64,000 nt of DNA. It comes from Desulfobacteraceae bacterium (GTDB lineage Bacteria; Desulfobacterota; Desulfobacteria; Desulfobacterales; Desulfobacteraceae). The position numbers were made by a program, and so were the translations under genes. Positions 1-7,659 of this stretch are shown in pieces; the first letter of the stretch is position 1, and each line of letters begins with the position of its first letter. The notes beneath the pieces were generated by a model that saw only the letters and a list, made by a program, of their open reading frames with translations, ran no database searches and was not told where the DNA came from. Location of the stretch: positions 27,237-91,236 of the forward strand of contig JAAELK010000222.1 of the NCBI GenBank assembly GCA_024226935.1. Reading direction: 5' to 3'.

Positions 1-1244
1 CCGATATCATCCGAATGACTGCCGATCTTTTAAACGGTGGAAAAAACGCCGTTGGCTCCATCACTTCGGGGGGCACGGAAAGCATCTTGCTGGCAATCAA
101 AACCTATAGGGACTATGCCAAAAAGAAAAGGCCCTGGATAGTCCGGCCCAATATAATCGTCCCGGAAACAATCCATGTTGCCTTTGAAAAGGCGGCCAAG
201 TATTTCAATGTCAAAATAATCCATGCTCCACTTAAAAAAGATTATACTGTGGATGTAAATAAAGTAAAAAAACTGATCAACAAAAACACAATTCTTCTGG
301 TTGGTTCAGCTCCCAATTATCCCCAGGGAGTTATAGATCCCATTGAAGAGTTAAGCAAACTTGCTTTACAAAAAAATTTACCCCTCCACGTTGACGCCTG
401 TCTGGGTGGATTCTTTCTGCCTTTTTTAAAAATGTTAGGATACAATATTCCAAAGTTTGATTTTTCCCTTCCCGGCGTGACTTCAATATCAGCCGATGTA
501 CACAAATATGGATATGCAGCCAAGGGGGCCAGCACTATTTTATATAAAAGCATGACCTATATGAAACACCAGTTTTTTGTTTACGAAAACTGGCCGGGGG
601 GTGTTTATGCAGGCCCCGGGATATTGGGAACCCGTGCCGGAGGCCCCATAGCTTCAGCATGGGCCAGTATGAATAAAATGGGGGAAGAGGGTTATAAAAA
701 CCTGGCCAAAGTGGTCATGGAAACAACAAACAAATTAATAAACGGGATCAATACAATCCCGGAATTAGAAATCATGGGTAAGCCCGTGATGGGTGTTATA
801 GGATATCGATCCAATTCAAAAAAAGTAAACATTTATGCGGTTGGAGAGATAATGGAACAAAAAGGATGGAATGTCGACCGCCTTCAAAAACCGGAAGGAC
901 TTCATGCAATGGTATCACCTATCCATGAAAAATACGTCGGGCAATATCTTGAGGATTTAAAAACATCGGTTGCAAAAGTCCTGGCAAATCCCGGCCTCGC
1001 AACTTCGGGAGGTGCCGCAATGTATGGTATGATCGCCAAAATCCCCCTTCGCAGCATGGTAAAAAGCACCATTGCAAAGATGATGGAAGATATGTACGAA
1101 GTATCAGGCAAAATGCCCGACTTGAACGATACAGACATCCGGGAAGAAAAAAATATTACCATGACACTTGGAAAATACTATCTTAAGATAATTGAATATT
1201 TTGCCAGGGTTAGGGAAAAATCCTCAGATCATAACCTGGATTGA
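1..1244 (+). CDS. PLP-dependent group II decarboxylase / sphingosine-1-phosphate-lyase-like enzyme (5' end outside window)
   Basis: The frame is open from the window edge. It has the 'SISADVHKYGYAAKGAS' PLP-lysine (HK) motif and 'SGGTESILLA', typical of SPL/GAD-type fold-type I enzymes. Confidence 0.75.
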   Translation, partial: DIIRMTADLLNGGKNAVGSITSGGTESILLAIKTYRDYAKKKRPWIVRPNIIVPETIHVAFEKAAKYFNVKIIHAPLKKDYTVDVNKVKKLINKNTILLVGSAPNYPQGVIDPIEELSKLALQKNLPLHVDACLGGFFLPFLKMLGYNIPKFDFSLPGVTSISADVHKYGYAAKGASTILYKSMTYMKHQFFVYENWPGGVYAGPGILGTRAGGPIASAWASMNKMGEEGYKNLAKVVMETTNKLINGINTIPELEIMGKPVMGVIGYRSNSKKVNIYAVGEIMEQKGWNVDRLQKPEGLHAMVSPIHEKYVGQYLEDLKTSVAKVLANPGLATSGGAAMYGMIAKIPLRSMVKSTIAKMMEDMYEVSGKMPDLNDTDIREEKNITMTLGKYYLKIIEYFARVREKSSDHNLD

Positions 1245-1254
1245 CTCCATACAA

Positions 1255-1280
1255 GATGCGGTATCGCAAGATACCGCATC
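1255..1280 (+). terminator. Perfect 11-bp stem / GCAA loop hairpin just after the stop of the PLP enzyme gene
   Basis: The sequence is gatgcggtatc-gcaa-gataccgcatc. No clear T-run follows, so terminator function is uncertain. Confidence 0.35.
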
Positions 1281-1325
1281 GTCCAGGCACAAAAAAAAGA
1301 CGGAGCCCTTCCGGGGCACAAATTT

Positions 1326-1359
1326 ACTAAGTATTTTCAAGCAGTTTTTGCCAGAACAA
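1326..1359. repeat. Direct repeat, left copy (34 bp, 1 mismatch versus 4765-4798); an orphan copy of the GNAT gene 3' end
   Basis: actaagtattttcAagcagtttttgccagaacaa matches actaagtattttcCagcagtttttgccagaacaa. The reverse complement encodes LFWQKLLENT*, identical to the GNAT C-terminus. Confidence 0.85.
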
Positions 1360-1409
1360 CTGTTTAAATTCTTCTGATATGATATATCTTTTCTCGTATA
1401 ATAGCAGTA

Positions 1410-3131
1410 TTATATATTTTTATTGCTTTCAATTCTAAACAGCTTATCATTTTCAGACAACTCAAGAATAAAGTAATCTTCATTTTTTAATTCATTTGGG
1501 AGCTTGTCTTTAAGTATTGATGCTACAAATTGTATTTCATTTTTATTTACCAATTCAGCAATTTTTACCAACTGATTATCATGCATAAGCTCTTTCTTGT
1601 CATTCAACAAGAAATGCATACATGGGATATTTTCTTCGTCAGCAAAAAAAGTATATGCAATATCAAAACAAGAAATTTCACCTTGTTTTTTTCCGGTGCT
1701 AAAGTTTGTGTTAAAAGCAGTAAATTTATACAATTTTTGCCCTTTTTTATTGAGCACCTTGTCGTATTTTAATGCATATTGTTCGCCATATAATAAGTCA
1801 GAAGTAGAAGAAAAATATTTATTAAACTTATTTAATTGACGTTTTACAATACCCTCAAAACTGCCAGAAAAAAGTTCCTTGTCTATTGACTCCAAGTCAC
1901 CTTCATAAGATCTTAGGTTTTCTTCCACGTCCTCCAATTGTTGAATAATGCTTTCATATTCTCCCTTATTTTTATATTTTTCATTAAGCTCAACAATTAA
2001 TCTCTCCAATTCTTCAAATGAATCAGTTTTTGAAATGGCAGAAGATAATTTTGCTTCTTTTTCCAACAATGTACTGAGAATCAGATTTTTTTCATCTATT
2101 TTATCTATAAGTACAGGTAACTCTTTAGCTATATAGTTGGCTCTTTCCTGAATCATTTGATTATGGTATTGCACCATATCTTCAAATGTTTTCTGAATTG
2201 AAGTCATATTGCTAATAGCTTGGTCATAAATAATACGCAACTGCTGTAAATCTATTTTTGAAGCACTGGATGTTAATTCTCTTGTTGTTTCATCAATCAA
2301 ATCTTTCCTTAAATTTAACGCACCAAGTTCAGAGCTTGTCAAGTTAATTTGATATTTTAAATGATTAAGATTTTGTAAATCTTTTTCAAAATCCTCATTA
2401 ATATTTAAGTTTGATTTCTTTTTATCCAGTACTTCTATCTCATTCTCGATTAACGATAATGCCACTTCATATGCTGATTTCGTCTGGTTTTTTTCTAAGC
2501 GTTTTCTAAAAGTGTCTTCCTGTTTTATTTTTTGGAGTATTTCCTGTTTATCACTCCCTTTTATGAATTCACAGCCTAAAAGAAACAAATGTAATGTTTC
2601 ATACTCTGCATCAGAAGTATACCTGTCAAGCGTCTTGAGTGTGTTGTTAATGCTTAAATCTTTATATCGTATATTGTGAGATATTATCTGTCTAAAGCTA
2701 GGTTTTTTTGCTGTATGTTCAGGAAAGAATAGTTCTGTTAACTTCGGTTCAAATTCACCTTCAACATAATTTACATCATTAATTCTTCTTACTATTTTAT
2801 TGCGTGACAAAAAGTTCCGTTCAATAATTATATTTTGAGCATCTTCATTATCCAAGTTTTCAGCCAGGCATAATGTAATTAAAATATCTTTCTCAACTAA
2901 ATAATCTTTTACTAATTTATATATCTCCTTTTTAGACTCAGGATCTTCATAAATATTCTTTGGATTCGCTCCCAAACAAAAATCAATTAGCTTTAGAACT
3001 GTGGTTTTCCCAACGCTATTTCCAGTAATATGCCCTTCACTTGAATCAACAATAAGATTAATGCCTTTATGAAATTTAATGTTTCGAATAACATTAGAAT
3101 GGCTTGAAATCATAAGATATTTTAAAAACAT
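1410..3131 (-). CDS. ABC-three-component (ABC-3C) system ATPase, DUF2326-like coiled-coil ABC ATPase
   Basis: 573 aa. The N-terminus reads 'IRNIKFHKGINLIVD...TGNSVGKTT' (Walker A). A long K/E/L/N-rich predicted coiled coil follows, then a C-terminal 'CMHFLLNDKKELMHD' region. The start overlaps the upstream ORF by 10 nt. Confidence 0.75.
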   Translation of the reverse strand: MFLKYLMISSHSNVIRNIKFHKGINLIVDSSEGHITGNSVGKTTVLKLIDFCLGANPKNIYEDPESKKEIYKLVKDYLVEKDILITLCLAENLDNEDAQNIIIERNFLSRNKIVRRINDVNYVEGEFEPKLTELFFPEHTAKKPSFRQIISHNIRYKDLSINNTLKTLDRYTSDAEYETLHLFLLGCEFIKGSDKQEILQKIKQEDTFRKRLEKNQTKSAYEVALSLIENEIEVLDKKKSNLNINEDFEKDLQNLNHLKYQINLTSSELGALNLRKDLIDETTRELTSSASKIDLQQLRIIYDQAISNMTSIQKTFEDMVQYHNQMIQERANYIAKELPVLIDKIDEKNLILSTLLEKEAKLSSAISKTDSFEELERLIVELNEKYKNKGEYESIIQQLEDVEENLRSYEGDLESIDKELFSGSFEGIVKRQLNKFNKYFSSTSDLLYGEQYALKYDKVLNKKGQKLYKFTAFNTNFSTGKKQGEISCFDIAYTFFADEENIPCMHFLLNDKKELMHDNQLVKIAELVNKNEIQFVASILKDKLPNELKNEDYFILELSENDKLFRIESNKNI

Positions 3132-3346
3132 AATTCAACCTTGTTTTTTTTTAATTCAGCAATATTTATGAGATAAAGCCAGTCAAGACATAAAACAAAC
3201 ACGGGAAAAGACATTCCCTGAACTTCTTTTGATCTTGCATATAGATCTAGCATCTCAAGCTTATCTTGGTTTTGTAAAACCTGCAAAACAATTGCTCCAT
3301 TATAATAGATGCTGTTTTCAGGATGAATGTTATCAGGAAGCAGCAT
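3122..3346 (-). CDS. Small protein in the position of the ABC-3C 'middle component'
   Basis: 74 aa with no motif I recognise. It is translationally coupled on both sides, with a 14-nt overlap with the effector gene stop and a 10-nt overlap with the ATPase start. Confidence 0.6.
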   Translation of the reverse strand: MLLPDNIHPENSIYYNGAIVLQVLQNQDKLEMLDLYARSKEVQGMSFPVFVLCLDWLYLINIAELKKNKVELCF

Positions 3347-4301
3347 AATTATAACCTTCTGGGTTTTCTAAAATCTTGCATCGAATAAAAGCATCAACCA
3401 CTAAAATATCGACACATAATTCTAACTCATCTATCGGGATATGGATGTAATTTGCACTTACAAGGATTTTGTTTTTTATCTCTTCAATAACAGAATAAAA
3501 AATTTCATCGGAATTTCTATTATTTTTTAGGTTCAAATATGTTCGCTTCATCGTGGCTAATACTGAATTACTCTTATTATTTCCTAAACTATCAAATTCA
3601 GAATACTTGGCATCAACCCTTCCATGATATAAAACATACTCATCAATTGTGTCTTTTGCCGAAGCCAAATCGTTATAAGATATTTTTCTATTTACTTCAA
3701 AACGAATTAAACGGTCTGATTTATTTGCTTCATCCCACTGTTCCTTGGATAGAATATTAATTATTGTTGCCAAATTAGAATCTAACTTTACAATATCAAC
3801 TCCCCCCCCAAGCTCTTTTTTAATTTGCTCATAAACCATTTTTTGCCCATCGACATCCATATTTAATATATTGCGGAGAATAGAGGTGATGTCATAAATA
3901 TCTACTGACGGAGTAAATGATATACCGTGGGGATTTACAAAATTCTTTTTTCTTAAATTTGAAGCATCATTGGCAATAGATATAAATTTAAACGTATAGC
4001 CTAAATATTTTTTCATTATTTTTTTTGATAATGCCGACTCAACTTTTTGTTTGGTATTTGTTGAAGAAACTTGAATAATAATTTTATTTTTATCATCTAC
4101 TAAATCTATAGCTTCCACATTTTGAAGACGGGCATTTAAGTTCTCTAAATTATAACTATAAATCACATTAAACAAATGCTGATAAAAATTCTCAGAATGC
4201 ATATGCAAACTCAACATATTTAGCTTGCCGCCAGTAGCAATCCTATTAGCAAAAATATGCAGTTTCTCTTCAATGTAAGAATAGTATTTAGTCTGATTCA
4301 T
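3333..4301 (-). CDS. SMEK-domain protein (predicted ABC-3C effector component)
   Basis: 322 aa. The N-terminal 'LSLHMHSENFYQHLFNVIYSYNLENLN...VEAIDLVDDKNKIIIQVSSTNTKQKV' is recognised as a SMEK domain. It is the first gene of the three-gene unit. Confidence 0.7.
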   Translation of the reverse strand: MNQTKYYSYIEEKLHIFANRIATGGKLNMLSLHMHSENFYQHLFNVIYSYNLENLNARLQNVEAIDLVDDKNKIIIQVSSTNTKQKVESALSKKIMKKYLGYTFKFISIANDASNLRKKNFVNPHGISFTPSVDIYDITSILRNILNMDVDGQKMVYEQIKKELGGGVDIVKLDSNLATIINILSKEQWDEANKSDRLIRFEVNRKISYNDLASAKDTIDEYVLYHGRVDAKYSEFDSLGNNKSNSVLATMKRTYLNLKNNRNSDEIFYSVIEEIKNKILVSANYIHIPIDELELCVDILVVDAFIRCKILENPEGYNYAAS

Positions 4302-4634
4302 TATTTTTCATTCATCCAGTTCCCGCATTCACATATAACAAGAACATGTGTGGTTCTGTATATCTTACATTCTTTTCATAGTTTGGCAATGAAATCCAGG
4401 TCAAGTACAATTTTTCTAACTGGATATCACTCCAATGTAAAATTATCAAGATTTGATATCATCATTAAAATACCAGGGGACTTCAAAAAAGATATAATGG
4501 CCTGTTGATTAACAGCGAAATTGCACCGGATCAATATATTCATTACAGAAAGTGGCTGCTATATTATCTTGATTCTTGCAAAAAAATACACCCACGCATA
4601 TTTTTGATCCAAACAGCTTTTTGCTTTTTCTGGA

Positions 4635-4768
4635 AAAACCCGTGCTTGGATGAAAGCTTGCCCATATGCAAGGCGCAAGAAAGTTTGAAACCGGAGTGTA
4701 CTCCAGTACATGAGGTTTCAGGCTTTTGCAGCAACACGGCAGATGGGTGAGTTTTCGTTCAAACACTA
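4635..4768. repeat. Structured ~135-bp repeat element, copy A (second copy at 29044-29179)
   Basis: Roughly nine in ten positions match copy B by eye. It contains nested hairpins (cttgc-N6-gcaag, tgtac-N4-gtaca) and a 10-13-bp outer stem. It ends on the stop codon of the GNAT gene. Confidence 0.8.
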
Positions 4769-4798
4769 AGTATTTTCCAGCAGTTTTTGCCAGAACAA
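4765..4798. repeat. Direct repeat, right copy (within the 3' end of the GNAT gene)
   Basis: See 1326-1359. Confidence 0.85.
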
Positions 4799-5257
4799 AG
4801 CTCTGCCCATCCGGGGGTCAAGCTCATAGCCCGCAAATCCAAATTTTTTATAGGAGTTCAGGGCTACTTCATTACCCTCCAGAACCTCAAGGGTTATTTT
4901 GCAGCAATCCCTGTCTTTTGCTATCTGCTCTACTTTTTCCAGCATTAATTGACTGACGCCAAGACCACGAAACTCACTGATAACAATAATATCATGGATA
5001 TTGACCAGGGGCTTGCACTTAAAGGTGGAAAAAGCTTCAAAACAATTTATAAGACCCGCAGCCCTATTGTCCACGTAACAAAGGACGCTAAAAGCATGGG
5101 GTATTTTTGATAAATTTTTTGCCAGGTTCTCTTTTACATTTTCAGCCAGGGGTGTACCCCCACCCATGGGATCATTTGCATAGGAATCCAAAAGATAACC
5201 CATATCGGTTCCATGGCGAATATTGTCAAAGTCAGCTATTATTATTTCAATTTCCAT
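4766..5257 (-). CDS. GNAT family N-acetyltransferase
   Basis: 163 aa. It has the acetyl-CoA motif A 'FRGLGVSQLMLEKVEQIA' and the typical GNAT C-terminal 'ALNSYKKFGF'. Confidence 0.85.
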   Translation of the reverse strand: MEIEIIIADFDNIRHGTDMGYLLDSYANDPMGGGTPLAENVKENLAKNLSKIPHAFSVLCYVDNRAAGLINCFEAFSTFKCKPLVNIHDIIVISEFRGLGVSQLMLEKVEQIAKDRDCCKITLEVLEGNEVALNSYKKFGFAGYELDPRMGRALFWQKLLENT

Positions 5258-5328
5258 TGATCAATTGTTCTCCTCTATCTATCCTTTATTGCTCTATCCA
5301 GCGTGAAATTGTCAAACAGCCACCAAAC

Positions 5329-5685
5329 CTAGACATACTCATCATATTTTTTGGACGATCCCCTCACTTTTTCGGCGGGATATTTGATTGCATTTTTCTC
5401 TATTTTATTGTCGACTACCTCTTCGATATCGATGTCCAGCCTATCGGCCAGACGAAATAAATACATTGCTACATCTGCAATTTCTTCACCGATTTCGTGT
5501 TTTTTAACTGGATCGGCAACGATATTTTCAGACTGTTCCATATTCAACCATTGAAATTTCTCAAGTAATTCTGAAGCCTCTATTGATAAGGCAATGGCTA
5601 AATTTTTAGGGTTATGAAATTGATTCCAATCCCTTTCATCTGCAAATTTTTGAAGTTGTTTTTGAATCTGTTTAATACCCATCAT
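5329..5685 (-). CDS. MazG-like nucleotide pyrophosphohydrolase (dCTPase-like all-alpha NTP-PPase)
   Basis: 118 aa. Motifs present are 'FADERDWNQFHNPKNLAIALSIEASELLEKFQW' and 'EEIADVAMYLFRLADRLDID'. Confidence 0.8.
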   Translation of the reverse strand: MMGIKQIQKQLQKFADERDWNQFHNPKNLAIALSIEASELLEKFQWLNMEQSENIVADPVKKHEIGEEIADVAMYLFRLADRLDIDIEEVVDNKIEKNAIKYPAEKVRGSSKKYDEYV

Positions 5686-5974
5686 GTTTCCTGGTCCAAT
5701 TTATATGAAACTCCCGATATAGCAGAAGAGAGTTTCTATCTTTGTTGTGGGCGGAACCCAGGATTAAATCCTTGGTCCGCCCATGGCGGTTATTTTCAAT
5801 TTTCCCGGATACTCTTGTGTACCCAGGCTGTGCATTGTGCAAGGCCACAAAAAAAAATTAAATCTTCCTTTAATATTAATAAAACCCTATAGATATCAAA
5901 TATTTGCCGGAATATCACCATATTTTTTTTACCAGGCGGGTAAAAAAATTTTCCCCCGCAAATATTTTTCCAGG

Positions 5975-6003
5975 TTGACTTTCCTGGCCCAGCCCATTAA
6001 AGA
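5975..6003 (+). promoter_or_regulatory. Sigma70-like promoter (TTGACT-17 nt-TAAAGA) upstream of the protease/CPBP genes; part of a module duplicated at 36985-37013
   Basis: The hexamers have 17-nt spacing. The spacer 'ttcNNNNcccaNgcccat' and the downstream leader are shared with the GGDEF gene upstream region. Confidence 0.5.
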
Positions 6004-6065
6004 GGAATAAGGAAAGGGTATTCTTAAATCACAGGCCCGAAAAATATAAAACATCAGGAAAAACC

Positions 6066-6776
6066 GTGACTTCAATAAAATCAATTCCAGTCAAAACCTT
6101 GGTAGTTCTATTTTTGTCCTGGTTTTTAATCTGTCCCCATTGCTTTGCAGGCAAAAATTCACAGGCAACCTATTCTAAAATAGCCGCAAAAGTGATGCCC
6201 GCCGTTGTCACGATTATTGTTTATGATTACAATGGCAAAATCGAAAATATAGGCAGCGGTTTTTTCTACAATGAAAAGGGAGATATCCTGACAAACAGCC
6301 ATGTACTTACCAAAAACACAAGGGCTGAAATTAAAACAAAGTCGGGAAAAAAGTATCCCATCGGATCAATTATTGAGAGAAATGAAAAAACAGATATTGT
6401 CCGGGCCCACACCCGCATTTCCAATAGGACTCCTTTTTTAAGGATTTCCCGGAACATTCCTGCCATGGGTAATCAGATCATGGTTGCAGGAAGCCCCATG
6501 GGCCTGGAACAAACCATCACCAACGGTATTATCTCAGCATGGCGAAAAATTCCAGCCTGGGGCAGAGTAATGCAGATATCGGCTCCCATATCACCAGGTT
6601 CCAGCGGCGGACCGGTTTTAAACATGGCAGGGGAAGTGGTTGGAATAGCTACCTGCCAAATGATCCAGGGACAAAACCTTAATTTTGCCGTTCCCGTTGA
6701 CAATATTTTTAATGAGCCAAAATCCACAAAGCTGAAATTTTATAAAAATGAGAAAGGCATCACCATAATTGAATAG
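6066..6776 (+). CDS. Secreted trypsin-like serine protease (S1C/DegP-type protease domain, no PDZ)
   Basis: 236 aa with a GTG start. It has a signal-like N-terminus, 'GSGFF...ILTNSHVL' (His) and 'SPGSSGGPVLN' (Ser). Confidence 0.8.
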   Translation: MTSIKSIPVKTLVVLFLSWFLICPHCFAGKNSQATYSKIAAKVMPAVVTIIVYDYNGKIENIGSGFFYNEKGDILTNSHVLTKNTRAEIKTKSGKKYPIGSIIERNEKTDIVRAHTRISNRTPFLRISRNIPAMGNQIMVAGSPMGLEQTITNGIISAWRKIPAWGRVMQISAPISPGSSGGPVLNMAGEVVGIATCQMIQGQNLNFAVPVDNIFNEPKSTKLKFYKNEKGITIIE

Positions 6777-7395
6777 ATTTCCAAGGGGCTGGTATCTTCT
6801 GGTTTCTATTTTCATAATTTTGGTAATTGATACCGGAATATCCTTTCCTGCCCATTTATCTCCCCTGGCCCTTATTGCAATCACCAGATTTGTCCAAACC
6901 CTGGTTCTTCTGGCCCTGATTTTCCTGGGTTCCGGGGGCACACGTTCTGTAGGACTTACCGGAAACAATTTATTTTCAGGGATAAAAACAGGCCTTCTCT
7001 GGTCTTGCCTTGCTGGAGCTTGCGCAGTTGGGGGGATAGGGCTTTTATATCTTGCAGGCATACATTTGCCAGGTCAAATTTATGCCTTCCCAGGAGGGAA
7101 AAATATTTTTGCATATTTAGGGATCGCCTGTTTTTTAAGCCCCATTGCTGAAGAACTGTTTTTCCGGGGATTTTTATATTCTTATTTTAGAAAAAAAGGC
7201 CTCTTTGTCGGCCTTGCCGCAAGCTCCTTTTTATTTGCCCTGGCCCACTTTTCCCAAGGTGGTCTGCCCCTGATTCAGTTTGCAGGAGGCATTTTATTTG
7301 CCCTTTCCTTTGAATATTCAAAAAGCCTGGCGGCCCCTTTGATCATACATATTTCAGGAAATCTGGCAATTTTTGCCTGGGGATATTTTTTATAA
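6769..7395 (+). CDS. CPBP family intramembrane glutamic endopeptidase (CAAX/Abi-like)
   Basis: 208 aa and multi-TM. It has the motifs 'PIAEELFFRGFLY', 'FALAHF' and 'IIHISGNL'. It overlaps the protease gene by 8 nt. The start (TTG) is uncertain. Confidence 0.8.
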   Translation: MNRFPRGWYLLVSIFIILVIDTGISFPAHLSPLALIAITRFVQTLVLLALIFLGSGGTRSVGLTGNNLFSGIKTGLLWSCLAGACAVGGIGLLYLAGIHLPGQIYAFPGGKNIFAYLGIACFLSPIAEELFFRGFLYSYFRKKGLFVGLAASSFLFALAHFSQGGLPLIQFAGGILFALSFEYSKSLAAPLIIHISGNLAIFAWGYFL

Positions 7396-7659
7396 AAAAA
7401 ATTTAACCCACCAACTTTACTTCTGCTTTAAGATGCCATGATCCCCATGGGGAAAATAACAAACAAATTGCATTATAAAATTTAATGGGATACGTTTAAT
7501 TTTACTTATTTCTTAAAGACAATAAGTTGTAAAAAAAGTTCTTTAATTAAAGTTACCGACAATTTAAAATACCCAAGTTTCCTGTTTTACTTTTTATACC
7601 AAATTAAAACTCCATGAAGATGACTATTAATCTCTAATCAGATAAATCCGGGGGGAAAT

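Larger units (their letters stand above)
1360..4764 (-). mobile_element. Putative inserted defence islet carrying the ABC-3C cassette, bounded by the 34-bp direct repeats
   Basis: It is bracketed by the direct repeats at 1326-1359 and 4765-4798. It is visibly much more AT-rich than the flanks. No recombinase gene lies inside. Confidence 0.5.

Noticed and set aside
4505-4766. ORFs of 81 aa (plus strand) and 85 aa (minus strand) covering the repeat element
   Set aside because: Both run through a structured repeat that recurs in non-coding DNA at 29044-29179. They are Cys/Phe-rich with odd composition, and copy B has no conserved reading frame.
5749-5782. Strong imperfect hairpin gggcggaacccagga-ttaaa-tccttggtccgccc between the MazG-like gene and the protease promoter
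   Set aside because: It lies upstream of both divergent genes, has no adjacent U-run, and has no second copy in the window. I could not assign a function.
6618-7061. 147-aa minus-strand ORF (Pro/Arg-rich) across the protease/CPBP junction
   Set aside because: It is antisense to two genes with clear catalytic motifs, and its composition is typical of a shadow ORF.
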